Assembly: GCA_964016885.1 (NCBI GenBank)
Contig: OZ024756.1
Span: 7,936,001-8,000,000 of the forward strand
DNA: 64,000 nucleotides
From: Eledone cirrhosa
Lineage: Eukaryota
Reading direction: 5' to 3'
The position numbers and the translations under genes were made by a program. The notes beneath the pieces are model-generated. The model saw only the letters and a program-made list of their open reading frames with translations, ran no database searches and was not told where the DNA came from. Positions 16,901-32,100 of this stretch are shown here, one piece after another; position 1 is the first letter of the stretch; the number at the start of each line of letters is the position of its first letter.

Positions 16901-19900
16901 TCTCACTCTCTACATTATCTAAACTATAGTCTTACTATATCACAGTCTCTACATTATCTAATCTATTGTCTTACTATATATATCACACTCTCTACATTAT
17001 CTACTCTATAGTCTTACTATATATATATCACACTCTCTACATTATCTGATCGATAGTCTTACTATATATATCACCCTCTACATTATCTAATCTATAGTCT
17101 TACTATATCACACTCTCTATATTACCTAATCTAGATGTCTTACTATATATATCACACTCTCTACATTATCTAATCTATAAAATTACTATATATATCACAC
17201 TCTCTACATTATCTAATCTATAGTTTTAATATATCGTACTCTCTACATTATCTAATCTATAGTCTTACTATATATATCTCACCCTCTACATTATCTAATC
17301 TATAGTCTTACTATATCACACTCTTTACATTATCTAATCTATAGTCTTACTATATATATCACACTCTTTACATTATCTAATCTATAGTCTTACTATATAT
17401 ATCACCGTTTACATTATCTAATCTATAGTCTTACTATATATATCACACTCTCTACATTATCTAATCTATAGTCTTACTATATATATCCCACTCTCTTCAT
17501 TATCTAATCTATAGTCTTACTATATCGCACTCTCTACAATATCTAATCTAAAATCTTACTATATCACACTCTCTACATTATCTAATCTATAGTCTTACTA
17601 TATATATCACCCTCTACATTATCTAATCTATAGTCTTACTATATATATCACACTCTCTACATTATCTAATCTATAGTGTTGCTACATATATCACACTCTC
17701 TACAATATCTAATATATAGTCTTACTATATCACACTCTCTACATTATCTAATCTATATTCTTACTACATATATCACACTCTCTACATTATCTGATCTATA
17801 ATCTTACTATATATATCTCACTCTCTACATTATCTAATCTATAGTATTACTATATCACACTCTCTACATTATTTATTCTATAGTCTTACTATATCACACT
17901 CTGTACATTATCTAATCTATAGTCTTACTATATCACACTCTCTACATTGTCTAATCTATAGTCTTATCATATGACACTCTCTACATTATCTAATCTATAG
18001 TCTTACTATATCTCACTCTCTACATTATCTATTCTATAGTCTTACTATATCACAGTCTCTACATTATATAATCTATAGTCTTACTATATCACACTCTCTA
18101 CATTACCTAATCTAGATGTCTTACTATATATATCACACTCTCTACATTATCTAATCTATAGAATTACTATATATATCACACTCTCTACATTATCTAATCT
18201 ATAGTTTTAATATATCGTACTCTCTACATTATCTAATCTATAGTCTTCTTATATATATCTCACCCTCTACATTATCTAATCTATAGTCTTACTATATCAC
18301 ACTCTTTACATTATCTAATCTATAGTCTTACTATATATATCACACTCTTTACATTATCTAATCTATAGTCTTACTATATATATCACCGTCTACATTATCT
18401 AATCTATAGTCTTACTATATATATCACACTCTCTACATTATCTAATCTATAGTCTTACTATACATATCCCACTCTCTTCATTATCTAATCTATAGTCTTA
18501 CTATATCGCACTCTCTACAATATCTAATCTATAATCTTACTATATCACACTCTCTACATTATCTAATCTATATTCTTACTACATATATCACACTCTCTAC
18601 ATTATCGAACTTATAATCTTACTATATATATCTCACTCTCTACATTAACTAATCTATAGTATTACTATATCACACTCTCTACATTATTTATTCTATAGTC
18701 TTACTATATCACACTCTATACATTATCTAATCTATAGTCTTACTATATCACACTCTCTACATTATTTATTCTATAGTCTTACTATATCACACTCTGTACA
18801 TTATCTAATCGATAGTCTTACCATATCGCACTCTCTACATTGTCTAATCTATAGTGTTACTATATGACACTCTCTACATTATATAATCTATAGTCTTACT
18901 ATATCTCACTCTCTACATTATCTAATCTATAGTCTTACTATATCACAGTCTCTCCATTATCTAATCTATAGTCTTACTATATATATCACACTCTCTACAT
19001 TATCTAATCTATAGCCTTACTGTATCACACTCGCTACATTATCTAATCTAGATGTCTTACTATATATATCGCACTCTCTACATTATCTAATCTATAGTCT
19101 TACTATATATATCACACTCTCTACATTATCTAATCTATAGTGTTGCTACATATATCACACTCTTTACAATATCTAATATATAGTCTTACTATATCACACT
19201 CTCTACATTATCTAATCTATATTCTTACTACATATATCACACTCTCTACATTATCGAACTTATAATCTTACTATATATATCTCACTCTCTACATTATCTA
19301 ATCTATAGTATTACTATATCACACTCTCTACATTATTTATTCTATAGTCTTACTATATCACACTCTGTACATTATCTAATCTATAGTCTTACCATATCGC
19401 ACTCTCTACATTGTCTAATCTATAGTCTTACTATATGACACTCTCTACATTATCTAATCTATAGTCTTACTATATCTCACTCTCTACATTATCTAATCTA
19501 TAATTTACTATATCACAGTCTCTACTTTATCTAATCTATAGTCTTACTATATATATCACATTCTCTACATTATCTAATCTATAGTCTTACTATATCACAC
19601 TCTCTACATTATCTAATCTATAGTCTTACTATATCTCACTCTCTACATTATCTAAACTATAGTCTTACTATATCACAGTCTCTACATTATCTAATCTATT
19701 GTCTTACTATATATATCACACTCTCTACATTATCTACTCTATAGTCTTACTATATATATATCACACTCTCTACATTATCTGATCGATAGTCTTACTATAT
19801 ATATCACCCTCTACATTATCTAATCTATAGTCTTACTATATCACACTCTCTATATTACCTAATCTAGATGTCTTACTATATATATCACACTCTCTACATT

Positions 19901-21500
19901 ATCTAATCTATAAAATTACTATATATATCACACTCTCTACATTATCTAATCTATAGTTTTAATATATCGTACTCTCTACATTATCTAATCTATAGTCTTA
20001 CTATATATATCTCACCCTCTACATTATCTAATCTATAGTCTTACTATATCACACTCTTTACATTATCTAATCTATAGTCTTACTATATATATCACACTCT
20101 TTACATTATCTAATCTATAGTCTTACTATATATATCACCGTTTACATTATCTAATCTATAGTCTTACTATATATATCACACTCTCTACATTATCTAATCT
20201 ATAGTCTTACTATATATATCCCACTCTCTTCATTATCTAATCTATAGTCTTACTATATCGCACTCTCTACAATATCTAATCTAAAATCTTACTATATCAC
20301 ACTCTCTACATTATCTAATCTATAGTCTTACTATATATATCACCCTCTACATTATCTAATCTATAGTCTTACTATATATATCACACTCTCTACATTATCT
20401 AATCTATAGTGTTGCTACATATATCACACTCTCTACAATATCTAATATATAGTCTTACTATATCACACTCTCTACATTATCTAATCTATATTCTTACTAC
20501 ATATATCACACTCTCTACATTATCTGATCTATAATCTTACTATATATATCTCACTCTCTACATTATCTAATCTATAGTATTACTATATCACACTCTCTAC
20601 ATTATTTATTCTATAGTCTTACTATATCACACTCTGTACATTATCTAATCTATAGTCTTACTATATCACACTCTCTACATTGTCTAATCTATAGTCTTAT
20701 CATATGACACTCTCTACATTATCTAATCTATAGTCTTACTATATCTCACTCTCTACATTATCTATTCTATAGTCTTACTATATCACAGTCTCTACATTAT
20801 ATAATCTATAGTCTTACTATATCACACTCTCTACATTACCTAATCTAGATGTCTTACTATATATATCACACTCTCTACATTATCTAATCTATAGAATTAC
20901 TATATATATCACACTCTCTACATTATCTAATCTATAGTTTTAATATATCATACTCTCTACATTATCTAATCTATAGTCTTCTTATATATATCTCACCCTC
21001 TACATTATCTAATCTATAGTCTTACTATATCACACTCTTTACATTATCTAATCTATAGTCTTACTATATATATCACACTCTTTACATTATCTAATCTATA
21101 GTCTTACTATATATATCACCGTCTACATTATCTAATCTATAGTCTTACTATATATATCACACTCTCTACATTATCTAATCTATAGTCTTACTATACATAT
21201 CCCACTCTCTTCATTATCTAATCTATAGTCTTACTATATCGCACTCTCTACAATATCTAATCTATAATCTTACTATATCACACTCTCTACATTATCTAAT
21301 CTATATTCTTACTACATATATCACACTCTCTACATTATCGAACTTATAATCTTACTATATATATCTCACTCTCTACATTAACTAATCTATAGTATTACTA
21401 TATCACACTCTCTACATTATTTATTCTATAGTCTTACTATATCACACTCTATACATTATCTAATCTATAGTCTTACTATATCACACTCTCTACATTATTT
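9555..21500. repeat. Higher-order repeat of about 2733 bp (about 67 monomers), about 4.4 near-identical copies
   Basis: One CGTACT marker series lies at 10064, 12797, 15444, 18216 and 20949 (the last as CATACT), with spacings 2733, 2647, 2772 and 2733. A second series lies at 11816, 14506, 17235 and 19968. Deviations equal whole monomers (-43, -43, +39). Confidence 0.9.
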
Positions 21501-24500
21501 ATTCTATAGTTTACTATATCACACTCTGTACATTATCTAATCGATAGTCTTACCATATCGCACTCTCTACATTGTCTAATCTATAGTGTTACTATATGAC
21601 ACTCTCTACATTATCTAATCTATAGTCTTACTATATCTCACTCTCTACATTATCTAATCTATAGTCTTACTATATCACAGTCTCTCCATTATCTAATCTA
21701 TAGTCTTACTATATATATCACACTCTCTACATTATCTAATCTATAGCCTTACTGTATCACACTCGCTACATTATCTAATCTAGATGTCTTACTATATATA
21801 TCGCACTCTCTACATTATCTAATCTATAGTCTTACTATATCACATTCTCTACATTATCTAATCTATACCCTTACTATATATATCACACTCTCTACATTAT
21901 CTATTCTATAGTCTTACTATATATATCACACTCTCTACATTATCTAATCTATAGTTTTACTATATATATCACCCTCTACATTATCTAATCTATAGTCTTA
22001 CTATATATATCACACTCTCTACATTATCTAATCTATAGTGTTGCTACATATATCACACTCTCTACAATATCTAATATATAGTCTTACTATATCACACTCT
22101 CTACATTATGTAATCTATATTCTTACTACATATATCACACTCTCTACATTATCTGATCTATAATCTTACTATATATATCTCACTCTCTACATTATCTAAT
22201 CTATAGTATTACTATATCACACTCTCTACATTATTTATTCTATAGTCTTACTATATCACACTCTGTACATTATCTAATCTATAGTCTTACTATATATATC
22301 CCACTCTCTTCATTATCTAATCTATAGTCTTATTATATCGCACTCTCTACAATATCTAATCTATAATCTTACTATATCACACTCTCTACATTATCTAATC
22401 TATATTCTTACTACATATATCACACTCTCTACATTATCGAACTTATAATCTTACTATATATATCTCACTCTCTACATTATCTAATCTATAGTATTACTAT
22501 ATCACACTCTCTACATTATTTATTCTATAGTCTTACTATATCACACTCTGTACATTATCTAATCTATAGTCTTACCATATCGCACTCTCTACATTGTCTA
22601 ATCTATAGTCTTACTATATGACACTCTCTACATTATCTAATCTATAGTCTTACTATATCTCACTCTCTACATTATCTAATCTATAATTTACTATATCACA
22701 GTCTCTACTTTATCTAATCTATAGTCTTACTATATATATCACATTCTCTACATTATCTAATCTATAGTCTTACTATATCACACTCTCTACATTATCTAAT
22801 CTATAGTCTTACTATATCTCACTCTCTACATTATCTAAACTATAGTCTTACTATATCACAGTCTCTACATTATCTAATCTATTGTCTTACTATATATATC
22901 ACACTCTCTACATTATCTACTCTATAGTCTTACTATATATATATCACACTCTCTACATTATCTGATCGATAGTCTTACTATATATATCACCCTCTACATT
23001 ATCTAATCTATAGTCTTACTATATATATCACAATCTCTACATTATCTAATCTATAGTGTTACTACATATATCACACCCTCTACAATATCTAATCTATAAT
23101 CTTACTATATCACACTCTCTACATTATCTAATCTATATTCTTACTACATATATCACACTCTCTACATTATCGAACTTATAATCTTACTATATATATCTCA
23201 CTCTCTACATTATCTAATCTATAGTATTACTATATCACACTCTCTACATTATTTATTCTATAGTCTTACTATATCACACTCTGTACATTATCTAATCTAT
23301 AGGCTTACTATATCACACTCTCTACATTGTCTAATCTATAGTCTTACTATATGACACTCTCTACATTATCTAATGTATAGTCTTACTATATCTCACTCTC
23401 TAAATTATCTATTCTATAGTCTTACTATATCACAGTCTCTACATTATCTAATCTATAGTCTTACTATATCACACTCTCTATATTACCTAATCTAGATGTC
23501 TTACTATATATATCACACTCTCTACATTATCTAATCTATAAAATTACTATATATATCACACTCTCTACATTATCTAATCTATAGTTTTAATATATCGTAC
23601 TCTCTACATTATCTAATCTATAGTCTTACTATATATATCTCACCCTCTACATTATCTAATCTATAGTCTTACTATATCACACTCTTTACATTATCTAATC
23701 TATAGTCTTACTATATATATCACACTCTTTACATTATCTAATCTATAGTCTTACTATATATATCACCGTTTACATTATCTAATCTATAGTCTTACTATAT
23801 ATATCACACTCTCTACATTATCTAATCTATAGTCTTACTATACATATCCCACTCTCTTCATTATCTAATCTATAGTCTTACTATATCGCACTCTCTACAA
23901 TATCTAATCTATAATCTTACTATATCACACTCTCTACATTATCTAATCTATATTCTTACTACATATATCACACTCTCTACATTATCGAACTTATAATCTT
24001 ACTATATATATCTCACTCTCTACATTAACTAATCTATAGTATTACTATATCACACTCTCTACATTATTTATTCTATAGTCTTACTATATCACACTCTATA
24101 CATTATCTAATCTATAGTCTTACTATATCACACTCTCTACATTATTTATTCTATAGTTTACTATATCACACTCTGTACATTATCTAATCGATAGTCTTAC
24201 CATATCGCACTCTCTACATTGTCTAATCTATAGTGTTACTATATGACACTCTCTACATTATCTAATCTATAGTCTTACTATATCTCACTCTCTACATTAT
24301 CTAATCTATAGTCTTACTATATCACAGTCTCTCCATTATCTAATCTATAGTCTTACTATATATATCACACTCTCTACATTATCTAATCTATAGCCTTACT
24401 GTATCACACTCGCTACATTATCTAATCTAGATGTCTTACTATATATATCGCACTCTCTACATTATCTAATCTATAGTCTTACTATATCACATTCTCTACA

Positions 24501-26490
24501 TTATCTAATCTATACCCTTACTATATATATCACACTCTCTACATTATCTATTCTATAGTCTTACTATATATATCACACTCTCTACATTATCTAATCTATA
24601 GTTTTACTATATATATCACCCTCTACATTATCTAATCTATAGTCTTACTATATATATCACACTCTCTACATTATCTAATCTATAGTGTTGCTACATATAT
24701 CACACTCTCTACAATATCTAATATATAGTCTTACTATATCACACTCTCTACATTATGTAATCTATATTCTTACTACATATATCACACTCTCTACATTATC
24801 TGATCTATAATCTTACTATATATATCTCACTCTCTACATTATCTAATCTATAGTATTACTATATCACACTCTCTACATTATTTATTCTATAGTCTTACTA
24901 TATCACACTCTGTACATTATCTAATCTATAGTCTTACTATATATATCCCACTCTCTTCATTATCTAATCTATAGTCTTATTATATCGCACTCTCTACAAT
25001 ATCTAATCTATAATCTTACTATATCACACTCTCTACATTATCTAATCTATATTCTTACTACATATATCACACTCTCTACATTATCGAACTTATAATCTTA
25101 CTATATATATCTCACTCTCTACATTATCTAATCTATAGTATTACTATATCACACTCTCTACATTATTTATTCTATAGTCTTACTATATCACACTCTGTAC
25201 ATTATCTAATCTATAGTCTTACCATATCGCACTCTCTACATTGTCTAATCTATAGTCTTACTATATGACACTCTCTACATTATCTAATCTATAGTCTTAC
25301 TATATCTCACTCTCTACATTATCTAATCTATAATTTACTATATCACAGTCTCTACTTTATCTAATCTATAGTCTTACTATATATATCACATTCTCTACAT
25401 TATCTAATCTATAGTCTTACTATATCACACTCTCTACATTATCTAATCTATAGTCTTACTATATCTCACTCTCTACATTATCTAAACTATAGTCTTACTA
25501 TATCACAGTCTCTACATTATCTAATCTATTGTCTTACTATATATATCACACTCTCTACATTATCTACTCTATAGTCTTACTATATATATATCACACTCTC
25601 TACATTATCTGATCGATAGTCTTACTATATATATCACCCTCTACATTATCTAATCTATAGTCTTACTATATATATCACAATCTCTACATTATCTAATCTA
25701 TAGTGTTACTACATATATCACACCCTCTACAATATCTAATCTATAATCTTACTATATCACACTCTCTACATTATCTAATCTATATTCTTACTACATATAT
25801 CACACTCTCTACATTATCGAACTTATAATCTTACTATATATATCTCACTCTCTACATTATCTAATCTATAGTATTACTATATCACACTCTCTACATTATT
25901 TATTCTATAGTCTTACTATATCACACTCTGTACATTATCTAATCTATAGGCTTACTATATCACACTCTCTACATTGTCTAATCTATAGTCTTACTATATG
26001 ACACTCTCTACATTATCTAATGTATAGTCTTACTATATCTCACTCTCTAAATTATCTATTCTATAGTCTTACTATATCACAGTCTCTACATTATCTAATC
26101 TATAGTCTTACTATATCACACTCTCTATATTACCTAATCTAGATGTCTTACTATATATATCACACTCTCTACATTATCTAATCTATAAAATTACTATATA
26201 TATCACACTCTCTACATTATCTAATCTATAGTTTTAATATATCGTACTCTCTACATTATCTAATCTATAGTCTTACTATATATATCTCACCCTCTACATT
26301 ATCTAATCTATAGTCTTACTATATCACACTCTTTACATTATCTAATCTATAGTCTTACTATATATATCACACTCTTTACATTATCTAATCTATAGTCTTA
26401 CTATATATATCACCGTTTACATTATCTAATCTATAGTCTTACTATATATATCACACTCTCTACATTATCTAATCTATAGTCTTACTATAT
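21124..26490. repeat. Tandem duplication, 2 x 2647 bp
   Basis: A private 1-bp deletion (TATAGTTTAC) occurs at 21508/24155; CTATAATTTA at 22681/25328; CGTACT at 23596/26243. All offsets are 2647. Confidence 0.9.
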
Positions 26491-29120
26491 ATATCCCACT
26501 CTCTTCATTATCTAATCTATAGTCTTACTATATCGCACTCTCTACAATATCTAATCTAAAATCTTACTATATCACACTCTCTACATTATCTAATCTATAG
26601 TCTTACTATATATATCACCCTCTACATTATCTAATCTATAGTCTTACTATATATATCACACTCTCTACATTATCTAATCTATAGTGTTGCTACATATATC
26701 ACACTCTCTACAATATCTAATATATAGTCTTACTATATCACACTCTCTACATTATCTAATCTATATTCTTACTACATATATCACACTCTCTACATTATCT
26801 GATCTATAATCTTACTATATATATCTCACTCTCTACATTATCTAATCTATAGTATTACTATATCACACTCTCTACATTATTTATTCTATAGTCTTACTAT
26901 ATCACACTCTGTACATTATCTAATCTATAGTCTTACTATATCACACTCTCTACATTGTCTAATCTATAGTCTTATCATATGACACTCTCTACATTATCTA
27001 ATCTATAGTCTTACTATATCTCACTCTCTACATTATCTATTCTATAGTCTTACTATATCACAGTCTCTACATTATATAATCTATAGTCTTACTATATCAC
27101 ACTCTCTACATTACCTAATCTAGATGTCTTACTATATATATCACACTCTCTACATTATCTAATCTATAGAATTACTATATATATCACACTCTCTACATTA
27201 TCTAATCTATAGTTTTAATATATCGTACTCTCTACATTATCTAATCTATAGTCTTCTTATATATATCTCACCCTCTACATTATCTAATCTATAGTCTTAC
27301 TATATCACACTCTTTACATTATCTAATCTATAGTCTTACTATATATATCACACTCTTTACATTATCTAATCTATAGTCTTACTATATATATCACCGTCTA
27401 CATTATCTAATCTATAGTCTTACTATATATATCACACTCTCTACATTATCTAATCTATAGTCTTACTATACATATCCCACTCTCTTCATTATCTAATCTA
27501 TAGTCTTACTATATCGCACTCTCTACAATATCTAATCTATAATCTTACTATATCACACTCTCTACATTATCTAATCTATATTCTTACTACATATATCACA
27601 CTCTCTACATTATCGAACTTATAATCTTACTATATATATCTCACTCTCTACATTAACTAATCTATAGTATTACTATATGACACTCTCTACATTATTTATT
27701 CTATAATCTTACTATATCACACTCTATACATTATCTAATCTATAGTCTTACTATATCACACTCTCTACATTATTTATTCTATAGTCTTACTATATCACAC
27801 TCTGTACATTATCTAATCGATAGTCTTACCATATCGCACTCTCTACATTGTCTAATCTATAGTGTTACTATATGACACTCTCTACATTATCTAATCTATA
27901 GTCTTACTATATCTCACTCTCTACATTATCTAATCTATAGTCTTACTATATCACAGTCTCTCCATTATCTAATCTATAGTCTTACTATATATATCACACT
28001 CTCTACATTATCTAATCTATAGCCTTACTGTATCACACTCGCTACATTATCTAATCTAGATGTCTTACTATATATATCGCACTCTCTACATTATCTAATC
28101 TATAGTCTTACTATATCACATTCTCTACATTATCTAATCTATACCCTTACTATATATATCACACTCTCTACATTATCTATTCTATAGTCTTACTATATAT
28201 ATCACACTCTCTACATTATCTAATCTATAGTTTTACTATATATATCACCCTCTACATTATCTAATCTATAGTCTTACTATATATATCACACTCTCTACAT
28301 TATCTAATCTATAGTGTTGCTACATATATCACACTCTCTACAATATCTAATATATAGTCTTACTATATCACACTCTCTACATTATGTAATCTATATTCTT
28401 ACTACATATATCACACTCTCTACATTATCTGATCTATAATCTTACTATATATATCTCACTCTCTACATTATCTAATCTATAGTATTACTATATCACACTC
28501 TCTACATTATTTATTCTATAGTCTTACTATATCACACTCTGTACATTATCTAATCTATAGTCTTACTATATATATCCCACTCGCTTCATTATCTAATCTA
28601 TAGTCTTATTATATCGCACTCTCTACAATATCTAATCTATAATCTTACTATATCACACTCTCTACATTATCTAATCTATATTCTTACTACATATATCACA
28701 CTCTCTACATTATCGAACTTATAATCTTACTATATATATCTCACTCTCTACATTATCTAATCTATAGTATTACTATATCACACTCTCTACATTATTTATT
28801 CTATAGTCTTACTATATCACACTCTGTACATTATCTAATCTATAGTCTTACCATATCGCACTCTCTACATTGTCTAATCTATAGTCTTACTATATGACAC
28901 TCTCTACATTATCTAATCTATAGTCTTACTATATCTCACTCTCTACATTATCTAATCTATAGTCTTACTATATCACAGTCTCTATTTTATCTAATCTATA
29001 GTCTTACTATATATATCACACTCTCTACATTATCTAATCTATAGTCTTACTATATCACACTCTCTACATTATCTAATCTATAGTCTTACTATATCTCACT
29101 CTCTACATTATCTAAACTAT
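25020..29120. repeat. Dispersed copy (about 4.1 kb) of block ~1060-5160, offset 23,957 bp
   Basis: CTATAATTTA 1371/25328; CGTACT 2286/26243 and 3267/27224; CACTCGCTTC 4621/28578; TTATCTAAAC 5151/29108. Confidence 0.88.
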
Positions 29121-32100
29121 AGTCTTACTATATATATCACACTCTCTACATTATCTAATCTATAGTGTTACTACATATATCACACCCTCTAAAATATCTA
29201 ATCTATAATCTTACTATATCACACTCTCTACATTATCTAATCTATATTCTTACTACATATATCACACTCTCTACATTATCGAACTTATAATCTTACTATA
29301 TATATCTCACTCTCTACATTATCTAATCTATAGTATTACTATATCACACTCTCTACATTATTTATTCTATAGTCTTACTATATCACACTCTGTACATTAT
29401 CTAATCTATAGTCTTACTATATCACACTCTCTACATTGTCTAATCTATAGTCTTACTATATGACACTCTCTACATTATCTAATGTATAGTCTTACTATAT
29501 CTCACTCTCTACATTATCTATTCTATAGTCTTACTATATCACAGTCTCTACATTATCTAATCTATAGTCTTACTATATCACACTCTCTATATTACCTAAT
29601 CTAGATGTCTTACTATATATATCACACTCTCTACATTATCTAATCTATAAAATTAATATATATATCACACTATCTACATTATCTAATCTATAGTTTTAAT
29701 ATATCGTACTCTCTACATTATCTAATCTATAGTCTTACTATATATATCTCACCCTCTACATTATCTAATCTATAGTCTTACTATATCACACTCTTTACAT
29801 TATCTAATCTATAGTCTTACTATATATATCACACTCTTTACATTATCTAATCTATAGTCTTACTATATATATCACCGTTTACATTATCTAATCTATAGTC
29901 TTACTATATATATCACACTCTCTACATTATCTAATCTATAGTCTTACTATATATATCCCACTCTCTTCATTATCTAATCTATAGTCTTACTATATCGCAC
30001 TCTCTACAATATCTAATCTATAATCTTACTATATCACACTCTCTACGTTATCTAATCTATAGTCTTACTATATATATCACCCTCTACATTATCTAATCTA
30101 TAGTCTTACTATATAAATCACACTCTCTACATTATCTAATCTATAGTGTTGCTACATATATCACACTCTCTACAATATCTAATATATAGTCTTACTATAT
30201 CACACTCTCTACATTATCTAATCTATATTCTTACTACATATATCACACTCTCTACATTATCTGATCTATAATCTTACTATATATATCTCACTCTCTAGAT
30301 TATCTAATCTATAGTATTACTATATCACACTCTGTACATTATCTAATCTATAGTCTTACCATATCGCACTCTCTACATTGTCTAAACTATAATCTTACTA
30401 TATGACAATCTCTACATTATCTAATCTATAGTCTTACTATATCTCACTCTCTACATTATCTAATCTATAGTCTTACTATATCACAGTCTCTACTTTATCT
30501 AATCTATAGTCTTACTATATATATCACACTCTCTACATTATCTAATCTATAGTCTTACTATATCACACTCTCTACATTATCTAATCTATAGTCTTACTAT
30601 ATCTCACTCCCTACATTATCTAAACTATAGTCTTACTATATCACAGTCTCTACATCATCTAATCTATTGTCTTACTATATATATCACACTCTCTACATTA
30701 TCTACTCTATAGTCTTACTATATATATCACACTCTCTACATTATCTAATTGATAGTCTTACTATATATATCACCCTCTACATTATCTAATCTATAGTCTT
30801 ACTATATATATCACACTCTCTACATTATCTAATCTATAGTGTTACTACATATATCACACCCTCTACAATATCTAATCTATAATCTTACTATATCACACTC
30901 TCTACATTATCTAATCTATATTCTTACTACATATTTCACACTCTCTACATTATGTAATCTATAATCTTACCATATATATCTCACTCTCTACATTATCTAA
31001 TCTATAGTATTACTATATCACACTCTCTACATTATTTATTCTATAGTCTTACTATATCACACTCTGTACATTATCTAATCTATAGTCTTACTATATCACA
31101 CTCTCTACATTGTCTAATCTATAGTCTTACTATATGACACTCTCTACATTATCCAATCTATAGTCTTACTATATCTCACTCTCTACATTATCTATTCTAT
31201 AGTCTTACTATATCACAGTCTCTACATTATCTAATCTGTAGTCTTACTATATCACACTCTCTACATTAACTAATCTAGATGTCTTACTATATATATCACA
31301 CTCTCTACATTATCTAATCTATAGAATTACTATATATATCACACTCTCTACATTATCTAATCTATAGTTTTAATATATCGTACTCTCTACATTATCTAAT
31401 CTATAGTCTTACTATATATATCTCACCCTCTACATTATCTAATCTATAGTCTTACTATATCACACTCTTTACATTATCTAATCTATAGTCTTACTATATA
31501 TATCACACTCTTTACATTATCTAATCTATAGTCTTACTATATATATCACTGTCTACATTATCTAATCTATAGTCTTACTATATATATCACACTCTCTACC
31601 TTATCTAATCTATAGTCTTACTATATATATCACACTCTCTACATTATCTAATCTATAGTCTTACTATATATATCCCACTCTCTTCATTATCTAATCTATA
31701 GTCTTACTATATCGCACTCTCTACAATATCTAATCTATAATCTTACTATATCACACTCTCTACATTATCTAATCTATAGTCTTACTATATATATCACCCT
31801 CTACATTATCTAATCTATAGTCTTACTATATATATCACACTCTCTACATTATCTAATCTATAGTGTTGCTACATATATCACACTCTCTACAATATCTAAT
31901 ATATAGTCTTACTATATCACACTCTCTACATTATCTAATCTATATTCTTACTACATATATCACACTCTCTACATTATCTGATCTATAATCTTACTATATA
32001 TATATCTCACCCTCTACATTATCTAATCTATAGTCTTACTATATATATCACACTCTCTACATTATCTAATCTATAGTGTTGCTACATATATCACACTCTC

